A DNA stretch of 63,976 nt, filler included, from a bacterium (GTDB lineage Bacteria > JALSQH01): the NCBI GenBank assembly GCA_027004335.1. It is 10 parts of 10 records of this genome, joined end to end, with 100 filler letters (N's around TTAATTAATTAA, not from the genome) between each part and the next. Parts side by side here need not be neighbours in the genome. Positions count along the whole stretch, not along the records: positions 28,758 to 32,815 come from JALTID010000084.1; positions 32,916 to 44,628 come from JALTID010000085.1; 8 more parts are not named here. The stretch is one strand, 5' to 3'. The notes beneath the pieces were generated by a model that did not search any database, was not told the origin of the DNA, and worked only from the letters and a program-made list of their open reading frames with translations. The position numbers were made by a program, and so were the translations under genes. Below are positions 31,462-40,372 of this stretch, in pieces; the stretch's first letter is position 1, and each line of letters starts with the position of its first letter.

Positions 31462-32457
31462 ATGAAGGCCATCATAGTCAAAGATGGCTCCGTTTTATAC
31501 GGTGAAAAGCCAGATCCTATTCCTGAGTCTGATCAGGTTCTGATAAGGGTTTCATACTGCGGGATCTGTGGATCTGACATTCATTCCCTTGAAACCGGTC
31601 TTTTTGAAGATGGGCATACACCGGGGCACGAATTTTCCGGAATTGTAGTAGCAACAGGCGGTGAAGTTAAAGGATTATCCCCTGGAGACAGAATTACCGT
31701 TGATCCCATGCTCAACTGCGGAGAGTGCGATTACTGCCTTGAGGGAGAGCCACAGAGGTGTGAAGTTCTGGATACACTGGGAATCACCTCAGATGGAGCA
31801 ATGGCTGAATATGTGGCTGTAAGATCAACAAATGTACACAGAATCCCCGACAATATAACTCAGGAAGAGGCAGCCCTTACCGAGCCTCTAACAGTGGCTA
31901 TCCACGCGGTGGATCAATCGGGATTGCCTGATGAAAAGAGGAAAAGAACAGTTCTCATCTGGGGTGGAGGAACAATAGGCCTCCTCCTGCTACAGGTGGC
32001 AAGACTGTACACAGAGAAAGTTGCCATTGTGGAGCCTGTGGCTGAAAAGAGAGAGTTAGCACGACGCTGGACAGAATTTGTTTATTCTCCAGAGGATTTC
32101 TGGGATATAGAGGATGATCTGGGACAACCACACTACATATTTGAAGCTGTGGGAAAAGGTATTTTAATTCAGAACTCCCTTGACCTGATCAGAAAAGGAG
32201 GAACCATAGTTGTTGTGGGTGTTCATACAGAGGGTGTAGAAACAGATTTTTTAAGAATAATGTACAATGAGATAACTATTACAGGAACTTATGCCAACAG
32301 AAGAGATTTTCCCCGGGCGCTTGAGTATATGAGTGAGGGAAAAATAGAGGTGAAACACCTTATCAGCAATATTTTCCCTCTTGATAAGTGTAAAGAAGCT
32401 TTTGAAGATGCAGCTAAAAATAAAAAAAGCGTCAAAAATATTTTCAAGATTGGATAG
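31462..32457 (+). CDS. Zn-dependent alcohol/polyol dehydrogenase (MDR family)
   Basis: CGSDIH, GHEFSG, CGECDYC...C, EP, GGGTIG. Confidence 0.92.
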   Translation: MKAIIVKDGSVLYGEKPDPIPESDQVLIRVSYCGICGSDIHSLETGLFEDGHTPGHEFSGIVVATGGEVKGLSPGDRITVDPMLNCGECDYCLEGEPQRCEVLDTLGITSDGAMAEYVAVRSTNVHRIPDNITQEEAALTEPLTVAIHAVDQSGLPDEKRKRTVLIWGGGTIGLLLLQVARLYTEKVAIVEPVAEKRELARRWTEFVYSPEDFWDIEDDLGQPHYIFEAVGKGILIQNSLDLIRKGGTIVVVGVHTEGVETDFLRIMYNEITITGTYANRRDFPRALEYMSEGKIEVKHLISNIFPLDKCKEAFEDAAKNKKSVKNIFKIG

Positions 32458-32471
32458 ACTGGAGGATTGAA

Positions 32472-32815
32472 ATGGAAGTAACTGGCTCAGAATTGATTGC
32501 CAGGACTCTCAAGGCAATGGGGGTTAAATATGCCTTCGGGGTTCCGGGGGGACAGCTTGTCCTACTCCTTGATGCACTAAAAAGGGTAGGGATAAATTTT
32601 ATACTCACAAGACATGAGCAAGCTGCAGCTCATATGGCTGATGCCTATTACAGACTCACGGGGAAAGTGGCCGTGGCAATAGGAACCGTAGGACCGGGAG
32701 CAGCTGACCTTGTACCGGGAGTCTGGGAGGCGTGGAGTGAATCAAGTGCACTCCTTGCAATTACAGCTCAGAATCAAACATGGAGAATCTACCCCGACAC
32801 GGGAGGAGCACAGGG
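32472..32815 (+). CDS. Thiamine pyrophosphate enzyme (acetolactate synthase-like), N-terminal fragment
   Basis: FGVPGG, RHEQAAAHMADAY, GPG. Confidence 0.9.
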
Positions 32816-32915
32816 NNNNNNNNNNNNNNNNNNNNNNNNNNNNNNNNNNNNNNNNNNNNTTAATTAATTAANNNNNNNNNNNNNNNNNNNNNNNNNNNNN
32901 NNNNNNNNNNNNNNN
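32816..32915. other. Artificial contig linker
   Basis: N-TTAATTAATTAA-N. Confidence 0.98.
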
Positions 32916-33243
32916 GATATTCTTTTATATATTCTGCGGTGAGGCCAGTGTCAACGATATCCTCCACTAAAAGCACATCAACATTATTTATGTTGAGGGA
33001 TGGCTCAAGTTTAATTTCCACTTTGCCGGAACTTCTGTCTCCCATATAACTTCTTGCTGAGATAAAATCCACTCTAACAGACTCCTTGAACTCTCTTACA
33101 AGATCAGCAGCAAAAATAAATGCACCTCTGAGGATGCCGATGACTATAAAGTTGTCTCCCCCATAAAAATTTTCAATTTCTTCAGCTAATTTTTTTACCC
33201 TCTTTTTAATTTCATTTGAATCAATTATCTTTTCAAGCTTCAT
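32916..33243 (-). CDS. hpt: Hypoxanthine phosphoribosyltransferase (3' end cut)
   Basis: GILRGAFIFAADL, VLLVEDIVDTG; TGATG coupling with ade. Confidence 0.93.
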
Positions 33244-34970
33244 CAGCACCTCGTTTTTTCCATTTTTGTTAAATTAATAAGGCCCGCTGGTGTAAGCTTA
33301 AGTTCAGGGATCACTGAGAGAGAGAGGAAGGAAAGGGTAACAAAGGGATCCTCAAGAGTTATCCCCAACTTTTTAGCAGCGTTGTTCACTTTTTTTACCT
33401 TCTCAGCAACCTCCCCTGCTGGCAGATGAGAAACCACCCCACCCACTGAAAAAGGAACCTCTGCGGTGACTTTTCCATCTTCAACCACCACAAGGCCACC
33501 TCCAATTTCCCTGATCCTGTTCCCGGCCACTGCCATATCTTCCTCATTCACTCCCAGGATTATAAGATTATGTGTGTCGTGAGCATAGGTTGAAGCAATT
33601 GCTCCCTTTTCTATGCCAGTCCCTTTAACAAGTGCGATTCCAGTTTTTCCCTCACCAGAGTATCTGTCAATCACAGCCGCTTTAGCAAGATCTCTAATGG
33701 GTGACGCAATAATATTTCCCCTGTTTTTTTGAGGGATTACCATGATCTCCTTTGTGATTATCTGATGTGGAATGATTTCAATTGCTTTAATTTTTTCTTT
33801 CCTGCATCTGTAGATAAAATCCTCTTTCTTTAATTGGGGGATCTTCACTGTTTTTTGAATCCATTGAGGAAGCTTGATTTCCGTGGTAAAATTGAGTTGC
33901 CCCTCCCTGAATACAATTTTACCGTTTTTGATTGTTGTGTTGACACTTAAGTTTTCAAGATCCTCAAGCAATACAATATCTGCTATCTTACCCGGCGCGA
34001 TTAATCCTCTGTCCCTTTTCCCGAAGTACCACGCAGGGTTAAATGTTACCATTCTGATAAGTAAATATGGGTCAATTTTAAATTTAGCCCTTGCTCTTCT
34101 CAATATTCTATCAAGATGGCCCTCTTCTATTAGCTCATGAGGTAAAAGATCGTCGCTTACAAGAGCGATCCTGTCGTGATTGTATCTTCCCAGAACTTTT
34201 TCAAGAATATCTAAATTCCTTGCAGCGCTCCCCTCTCTTACCATTAGAAACATTCCTGCCGAAATTTTTTCAGTGCCCTCAGCAGCCACTGTGGATTCAT
34301 GATCTGATCCGATATTCGCTATAAGATACGCGTTTAAATCTTTACCCGATACAAGAGGGGCATGCCCATCTTTTATACTTTCCCATGCTTTTGCGATTTT
34401 TTCCCAGACTTCCTTATCTCCATAGATTACCCCGGGAAAATTCATCATCTCCGCAAGTCCAACAACATTTTTTTCTTTAAGAAGTTCTTCTATTTGCTCC
34501 GGTGTTATTTCGTTTCCCCATATATCCCACAATTTAATTGCAGGTACACATGAGGGAACCAGAAAAAATATATCCACTGGGGATTGCTCTGCATTTTTCA
34601 TAAAGAATTTTATTCCTCTTATTCCTGCAGCGTTGGCAATTTCATGAGGATCTGTAAAAATTGTGGTTGTCCCGTGCCCTATTGCTTCTGCGCCAAAATA
34701 TGCGGGGAGTAGATGAGAACTTTCTATGTGGATATGCCCATCAATGAAGCCGGGAACTGCGTATTTCCCTCTACAATCAATAACTTCTTCTCCCCAGCTA
34801 TAATCTCCTACTCCTGCTATAATTCCATTTTTTATCACGATATTACTTCTTGTTATACTACCCTTAAAAATATCAGGAATGCTACAATTCTTTAAGAGGA
34901 GATCCCCGGGTTTCTCTCCTCTGGCCACAGGTAAAATTTCTTTGATTTTAGTGTATCCCGGATATTCCAT
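33243..34970 (-). CDS. ade: Adenine deaminase
   Basis: PGFIDGHIHIESS, DPHEIAN, EMMNFPG, DGHAP, DHE, REGS, AHDTHN. Confidence 0.95.
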   Translation of the reverse strand: MEYPGYTKIKEILPVARGEKPGDLLLKNCSIPDIFKGSITRSNIVIKNGIIAGVGDYSWGEEVIDCRGKYAVPGFIDGHIHIESSHLLPAYFGAEAIGHGTTTIFTDPHEIANAAGIRGIKFFMKNAEQSPVDIFFLVPSCVPAIKLWDIWGNEITPEQIEELLKEKNVVGLAEMMNFPGVIYGDKEVWEKIAKAWESIKDGHAPLVSGKDLNAYLIANIGSDHESTVAAEGTEKISAGMFLMVREGSAARNLDILEKVLGRYNHDRIALVSDDLLPHELIEEGHLDRILRRARAKFKIDPYLLIRMVTFNPAWYFGKRDRGLIAPGKIADIVLLEDLENLSVNTTIKNGKIVFREGQLNFTTEIKLPQWIQKTVKIPQLKKEDFIYRCRKEKIKAIEIIPHQIITKEIMVIPQKNRGNIIASPIRDLAKAAVIDRYSGEGKTGIALVKGTGIEKGAIASTYAHDTHNLIILGVNEEDMAVAGNRIREIGGGLVVVEDGKVTAEVPFSVGGVVSHLPAGEVAEKVKKVNNAAKKLGITLEDPFVTLSFLSLSVIPELKLTPAGLINLTKMEKTRC

Positions 34971-35781
34971 TATTCTTCCTCCATCAATCCTGGACAGAGA
35001 AGAATCGCCGCGCTGATAGCAACATTGTAGGATTCTACTCTCCCCTTCATAGGAATATAAACCTGATAGTCAGCGATTTTCATGATTTCCTCACCTGTCC
35101 CATGTCCCTCATTACCAAGGAGAATTGCTGCTTTTTTTGTGTAATCTATTTCCCAGAAGGGCTTTTCGCCTGAAGTTGTTGCGGCATAAATTTTAAAGCC
35201 CTTACTTTTAAGCTCATTAATAATCTCTATTAAATTCAACACCGTGATAAATGGTACTCTCAGAACACTGCCCATGCTTGCCCGGACGCTTTTTTCGTTG
35301 AAAGGGGACGCAGAACCTTTTGTTAAAACAACTCCAGCATCGTTACTTTCCGCAATTCTAATGATAGTCCCCAGATTACCAGGATCCTGGACATCTACAA
35401 GAATTAGTAATTTTTCCTTCTTAAGGATATTCTGGAGATTATGTGAGAATCTTTCTGCTACAACCAGAATTCCCTGATCCGCTGCAATAGGGGAGAATTT
35501 CTCAAGAATCACAGAGCTAACTCTGAGAATTTTCGCTGGCTCCTTCTGCTCAAGAGTTTCCAGCTCTTCTAAAAATTTTTTTTCTTTTTTCTGAATAAGT
35601 TTTGATGGTGCGTAGAGGATATATCTGTAATTTGCTTCAGATTTTTTTAATTCTTCATAAAGATTCTTTCCCAGCATAAAAAAAATTCTTTCTTCTTTTG
35701 CCACCTTTCTATTGCTAAAAGCTTTTCTCAGGAACTTGATTTTTTCATTGGAAGCACTTTTTTTTTTTTTTTTATCTCCAC
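34970..35781 (-). CDS. TrmH/SpoU family RNA methyltransferase; likely true GTG start at 35781 is out of frame across an A16 tract (in-frame ORF 34970-35704)
   Basis: VQDPGNLGTIIR, GNEGHG, IPMKGRVESYNVA; the frame upstream of 35704 encodes SASNEKIKFLRK, a typical TrmH N-terminus. Confidence 0.85.
35758..35773. repeat. T16 homopolymer (A16 on the coding strand)
   Basis: 16 consecutive T counted directly. Confidence 0.9.
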
Positions 35782-35810
35782 AAAATATAATCTTTCCTGG
35801 ATGTAATTTA

Positions 35811-35860
35811 ATTATAGTTTATCAGGTCAGTTTTGCAAGATTTTGAAGTTATTTTATAAT
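35811..35860. promoter_or_regulatory. Symmetric bidirectional sigma70-like promoter
   Basis: ATTATA (35811-16), N16, TTGCAA (35833-38), N16, TATAAT (35855-60), between divergent TrmH-family gene and rsmI. Confidence 0.6.
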
Positions 35861-35869
35861 GGAGAAATC

Positions 35870-36553
35870 ATGAAGGGAAAACTTTATATTGTTTCTGTCC
35901 CAATAGGTAACGCTAAGGACATAACTCTCAGGGCTATTGAAGTGCTAAAAAGTGTAGATCTGGTTGTGTGCGAAGAATTGAAGGAAGGTAGAAGGCTGCT
36001 GAATAATCTTGACATTGCTACTCCTCTGGACACCCTAAATGAGCACAATGAAGATTCAAGAACCTCTGTTTTTGTTGAATTTTTAAAAAATGGCAAAAAT
36101 CTTGCTCTCATCAGTGACGCAGGAACTCCGCTTTTTGAGGATCCGGGAAGGAGGTTTGTGGCAAGAGCAGTAGAGGAGGGCATTGAAGTGAAACCAGTTC
36201 CTGGTCCTTCTTCCCTGATGGCTGCTCTTGTTGTAAGTGGTTTTGATTTTAATCGTTTCTACTACTATGGCTTGTTACCCAGAAAGAAAGAAGATAGAAG
36301 GAATGTTTTAAAAATCCTTCGTCCATTCAGGCATCCCATTGTTTTTTTAGATACACCATACAGACTTGTGCAGGTCCTTCATGATATTAAAAGAGTTTTT
36401 GGGCCAGGTAGATGGATTGCGGTTGCGTGTAATCTGACTACTGATAAGGAATTTATTTTCAGGGGAACTGTGAAGGAAGCCTATAATCATTTTAAGGAAA
36501 AGGAAAAGGTAAGGTGCGAGTTTGTTATCGTAGTTGATAGAAAGAGAAAATAG
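35870..36553 (+). CDS. rsmI: 16S rRNA C1402 2'-O-methyltransferase
   Basis: GKLYIVSVPIGN-x-x-DITLRA, ISDAGTP-x-x-x-DPG, PGPS; ATG 35870. Confidence 0.92.
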   Translation: MKGKLYIVSVPIGNAKDITLRAIEVLKSVDLVVCEELKEGRRLLNNLDIATPLDTLNEHNEDSRTSVFVEFLKNGKNLALISDAGTPLFEDPGRRFVARAVEEGIEVKPVPGPSSLMAALVVSGFDFNRFYYYGLLPRKKEDRRNVLKILRPFRHPIVFLDTPYRLVQVLHDIKRVFGPGRWIAVACNLTTDKEFIFRGTVKEAYNHFKEKEKVRCEFVIVVDRKRK

Positions 36554-36593
36554 TAATAGAATTATTAAAAATCTGGAGAAGGAGATACGAAAA

Positions 36594-37589
36594 ATGTATA
36601 GAGCAAAGATTGTGGGGACAGGTTTTTATGTTCCTCCCAGGGTGATTACTAACCATGATCTTGAAAAATTGATGGACACATCTGATGAGTGGATACAGCA
36701 GAGAACTGGAATAAAGGAGAGATATTATGTTGAAGATGGTGTAGGAGCTTCAGACCTTGCATATGAAGCTTCAAAAAGGGCACTTGAATCTGCTGGATTA
36801 AAACCCGAAGATATTGATTTTATTGTTTTTGCAACCCTTTCCCCCGATTATACTTTTCCGGGATCAGGGGTTCTCCTCCAGCAAAAACTTAGTGCGAGAC
36901 ATGTGGGTGCTCTGGATGTAAGGGATCAATGTACAGGATTTCTTTACAGTTTGATGGTGGCTGATAATGCCATAAGAGTTGGTCAGTACAAAAATGTCCT
37001 TGTTGTTGGTGCGGAGGTGCACTCCACTGGACTTGATTATTCTACCGAAGGAAGGGATGTTACAGTTCTATTTGGTGATGGTGCAGGTGCTGTGATTTTA
37101 ACAGCCACAGAGGAAAAGGATAGGGGTATTCTTTCTACCCATCTTTACTCTGATGGAACTTATGCTGATAGGTTATGGGCGGAATGGCCCTCCAGCAGAA
37201 GGTTGCCGAGGGTAACCCACAAGATCCTTGAAGAAGGAAAGCATTTTCCCAAGATGGATGGTCCTTTTGTGTTTAAACACGCTGTGAGAAGGATGGTGGA
37301 AGTGATAAAAGAGGCTCTTGATACTAATGGTTACACTCTTGACGATGTTGCGATGATAATTCCTCATCAGGCAAATTTGAGGATAAACCAGATGGTAGCA
37401 AGGCAGTTGAAATTACCCGAAAACAAAATGTATAACAACATTGACAGATATGGAAATACCACTGCTGCCACAATCCCTATTGCCCTCACCGAAGTATTAG
37501 AAAAAGAGCTTGTTAAGGATGGGGATCTTATAATTATGGTTTCTTTTGGAGCCGGTTTTACATGGGCATCAGTAGCGGCAATCCTGTGA
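36594..37589 (+). CDS. fabH: Beta-ketoacyl-ACP synthase III
   Basis: DTSDEWI-x-x-RTGI, catalytic Cys (QCTGF), FGDGAGA, HQAN, YGNT, FGAGFTW; ATG 36594 after AAGGAG. Confidence 0.95.
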   Translation: MYRAKIVGTGFYVPPRVITNHDLEKLMDTSDEWIQQRTGIKERYYVEDGVGASDLAYEASKRALESAGLKPEDIDFIVFATLSPDYTFPGSGVLLQQKLSARHVGALDVRDQCTGFLYSLMVADNAIRVGQYKNVLVVGAEVHSTGLDYSTEGRDVTVLFGDGAGAVILTATEEKDRGILSTHLYSDGTYADRLWAEWPSSRRLPRVTHKILEEGKHFPKMDGPFVFKHAVRRMVEVIKEALDTNGYTLDDVAMIIPHQANLRINQMVARQLKLPENKMYNNIDRYGNTTAATIPIALTEVLEKELVKDGDLIIMVSFGAGFTWASVAAIL

Positions 37590-38056
37590 AGGAAGAGATT
37601 ATATTTAATGAACCACAGCCGGAGGATCTTAAAGATATTGTCAGAATAGAGAAGGCATCTTTTCCTGATCCTTGGACGCCTTCTCAGTTGCTTTTTGAGA
37701 TTATTAATGAGTATAGTTGTGGATTTGTGGCAAGGAATGATGAAAGGGTGGTGGGGTATATTTTTGCTATGATTGTGAGAGAGATGGGATACATAGGAAA
37801 TTTGGCAGTGGATCCAGAGCATAGAAGAAAAGGAATAGGTGGTAAGCTTTTAAATAGAATGTTAGAAAAGATGAAAGAAAAAGGAGTTGAGGAGGTCTTC
37901 CTTGAGGTTAGGCCATCAAATAAGATCGCCCTGAAATTGTATGAAACAAGGGGCTTTGAGAGGATTGGAATAAGAAAAAGATACTACCGTAACGGGGAAG
38001 ATGCAATACTGATGAAAAAGGTGTTAAAAGATGAAAGGAAGGGTAGCGTACAATAA
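37586..38056 (+). CDS. rimI: Ribosomal protein S18-alanine N-acetyltransferase
   Basis: IEKASFPDPW, NLAV-x-P-x-x-RRKGIG, LEVRPSN, RKRYY, EDA; GTGA overlap with fabH. Confidence 0.9.
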   Translation: MKEEIIFNEPQPEDLKDIVRIEKASFPDPWTPSQLLFEIINEYSCGFVARNDERVVGYIFAMIVREMGYIGNLAVDPEHRRKGIGGKLLNRMLEKMKEKGVEEVFLEVRPSNKIALKLYETRGFERIGIRKRYYRNGEDAILMKKVLKDERKGSVQ

Positions 38057-38813
38057 TCTTCTATCAGAAGGTTATTATAGGTTGAGATTGATTCTTCCTG
38101 TGGAGATTAAAGCAGTTCCAGGACAATTTGTGATGGTAAAAGTTTCAGAATCGGGAGATCCTTTTTTGCCAAGACCATTTTCTATTGCCTTTGCTTCAGA
38201 AAATAGGCTTGATGTTATCTACAAAGTGAAGGGTAAGGGTACAGGGATACTTGCTCGGTTAGAAACAGGTGATGAAGTAATTGTTACCGGTCCTCTTGGT
38301 AACGGTTTCTCTTTCCCTTCTTCAGCTGATACAAAAGTTATTATGGTAGCAGGTGGTGTCGGAATACCGCCCCTTTATTTTTTACTGAAGTCTCTCATTA
38401 AGAAGAAGATTTCCAGAAAAAGAATTTATCTTTTTTATGGTGCTAAAAATAAGGATTCTCTTCTTCTAACGGATGAACTTGAAGCTCTGGGAATAAATCT
38501 TTTTCTTTCCACTGATGACGGGAGTTACGGATCAAAAGGGCTTATCACTGACTTTTATCTTGATAGGGTTAAAGAAATTGAACCACCTGCTGTGGTTTAT
38601 ACAGTCGGTCCCAATGTAATGATGAGCAGAGTGGTGGAGATTTCAAGAAATCTAAGGTATCCTGTGGAAGTTTCTCTTGAAACACATATGGCATGTGGGA
38701 TTGGAGTATGTCTTGGATGTACTGTGAAGCCTAAAGAGCAGTATTTTACCAGACTCGGGTACTTAAAAGTTTGTAAAGATGGCCCGGTCTTTCCCGGGGA
38801 GTACTTTTTTTGA
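38031..38813 (+). CDS. pyrK: Dihydroorotate dehydrogenase electron transfer subunit
   Basis: PGQF, RPFS, GPLGNGF, GGVGIPP, MACGIGVCLGC...VCKDGPVF. Confidence 0.95.
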   Translation: MKGRVAYNNLLSEGYYRLRLILPVEIKAVPGQFVMVKVSESGDPFLPRPFSIAFASENRLDVIYKVKGKGTGILARLETGDEVIVTGPLGNGFSFPSSADTKVIMVAGGVGIPPLYFLLKSLIKKKISRKRIYLFYGAKNKDSLLLTDELEALGINLFLSTDDGSYGSKGLITDFYLDRVKEIEPPAVVYTVGPNVMMSRVVEISRNLRYPVEVSLETHMACGIGVCLGCTVKPKEQYFTRLGYLKVCKDGPVFPGEYFF

Positions 38814-38822
38814 GGAGGAGTT

Positions 38823-39743
38823 ATGTTAACCACTAAAGTGGGGAACCTTATTTTAAAAAACCCGGTTATGCCTGCGTCAGGTACATTTGGCTATGGCCTT
38901 GAAATGCAGAGGTGGGTTTCCCTTGAAGATTTAGGAGCCATTGTGACAAAGGGGCTCTCTCTAAAGCCAATAATCGGTAATCCCCCTCCGAGAATTGTAG
39001 AGACCCCCTGTGGCATGCTGAATGCCATAGGCCTTGAAAATATCGGGGTTGATGCGTTTATTGATGAGAAACTTCCTCAATTGAGGAAGTATGGGGTTCC
39101 TGTCATTGCAAATATTTTTGCAACCTCTTATGATGATTTTCAAAAACTTGCAGAGAAGTTATCATCTCAAGATGGAGTCTCTGCTCTTGAGATAAATGTC
39201 TCATGCCCCAATGTTCAGGAGGGAGGCATCCATTTTGGTAGTGTTCCCAAGAGTGTTGAAAAAGTTGTTTCAAAGGTGAAAAGGAAATCTGGGTCACTGG
39301 ATGTCTGGGTAAAACTTCCTCCGGAGATTTTCAGGATAAAGGAGTTAGCAAATGCTGCAAGGAATGGAGGTGCCTCTGCTGTTGTTGTGACAAACACTAT
39401 TCCTGCTATGGCTGTGGATATAAAGACAAGGCTGCCCGTTCTTGCTAATGTAACAGGTGGGCTGTCAGGACAGGCAATAAAACCAATAGCGCTCAAGCTT
39501 GTGTGGGAGGTTGCCTCGCAATGTAAAATAGATGTTGTGGGAGTAGGGGGGATTTCTTCTGCTGAAGATGTCCTTGAATTTCTTCTTGTGGGTGCAAAGG
39601 CTGTTCAAATAGGAAGTAACAATTTTAGAGACCCTGAGAGTATCGGGAAGATAATTAAAGAGTTGCCAGATATGATGAGAGGGTATAAAATAAAAAGCGT
39701 CAGAGAATTTATTGGAACCCTTGAAATACGGGAGGTCTCCTGA
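38823..39743 (+). CDS. pyrD: Dihydroorotate dehydrogenase 1B catalytic subunit
   Basis: ASGTFG, GNPPPR, NAIGL-x-N, NVSCPN, GGLSG. Confidence 0.95.
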   Translation: MLTTKVGNLILKNPVMPASGTFGYGLEMQRWVSLEDLGAIVTKGLSLKPIIGNPPPRIVETPCGMLNAIGLENIGVDAFIDEKLPQLRKYGVPVIANIFATSYDDFQKLAEKLSSQDGVSALEINVSCPNVQEGGIHFGSVPKSVEKVVSKVKRKSGSLDVWVKLPPEIFRIKELANAARNGGASAVVVTNTIPAMAVDIKTRLPVLANVTGGLSGQAIKPIALKLVWEVASQCKIDVVGVGGISSAEDVLEFLLVGAKAVQIGSNNFRDPESIGKIIKELPDMMRGYKIKSVREFIGTLEIREVS

Positions 39744-40300
39744 TGAAAGTTGGTGAAAGAATAAAAATGATAAGAGAGGATAAGGGAATTGATGTGGATG
39801 AATTGGCAGGAATGATCGGAGTTTCCCCTTCAGTGATCATTCAGATTGAGAATCATATGGAGTCACCATCGCTAGGGATGCTTCTTGATCTTTCTCGTGC
39901 CATGGAAGTGCCAATAAGTGCGTTTCTTGGAGAGGAAGAAGGTCATGATTTCACCATTGTAAGACATAATGAGAGAAAACAGGTAGCAAGATTCGGATCA
40001 GAGGATAAATCATTTTATGGATATACTTACGAATCTCTTGGATATGGAATGGCTAACAGGCATATGGAGCCTTTCATAGTCACCATAGAGCCTACAACTG
40101 CCAGAGAAAATCCCTCAGTTCATGAGGGTGAGGAATTTATCTTTGTTCTTGAGGGCGAGATGGAGGTTATTCTTGGAGATTTCAAAGATATCCTCTATCC
40201 CGGGGATAGCATCTATTACAAGGCGAGGCTTCCCCATCTTGTGAAGGCTCACGGCGATAGGCCCCTTAAGATCCTTGCTGTACTTTTCGGAAAAAGTTGA
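39743..40300 (+). CDS. XRE-family HTH regulator with cupin domain
   Basis: N-terminal HTH_3; MEPF, HEGEEFIFVLEG, GDSIY...PH. Confidence 0.92.
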   Translation: MKVGERIKMIREDKGIDVDELAGMIGVSPSVIIQIENHMESPSLGMLLDLSRAMEVPISAFLGEEEGHDFTIVRHNERKQVARFGSEDKSFYGYTYESLGYGMANRHMEPFIVTIEPTTARENPSVHEGEEFIFVLEGEMEVILGDFKDILYPGDSIYYKARLPHLVKAHGDRPLKILAVLFGKS

Positions 40301-40311
40301 ATCTGTTAATC

Positions 40312-40340
40312 TTGACATAGTGGCTTATTTCTTTTATTCT
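40312..40340 (+). promoter_or_regulatory. Putative sigma70 promoter
   Basis: TTGACA-N17-TATTCT. Confidence 0.5.
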
Positions 40341-40372
40341 ATTTACAAATTGAGACGGTGAGGTTTGTCGCA

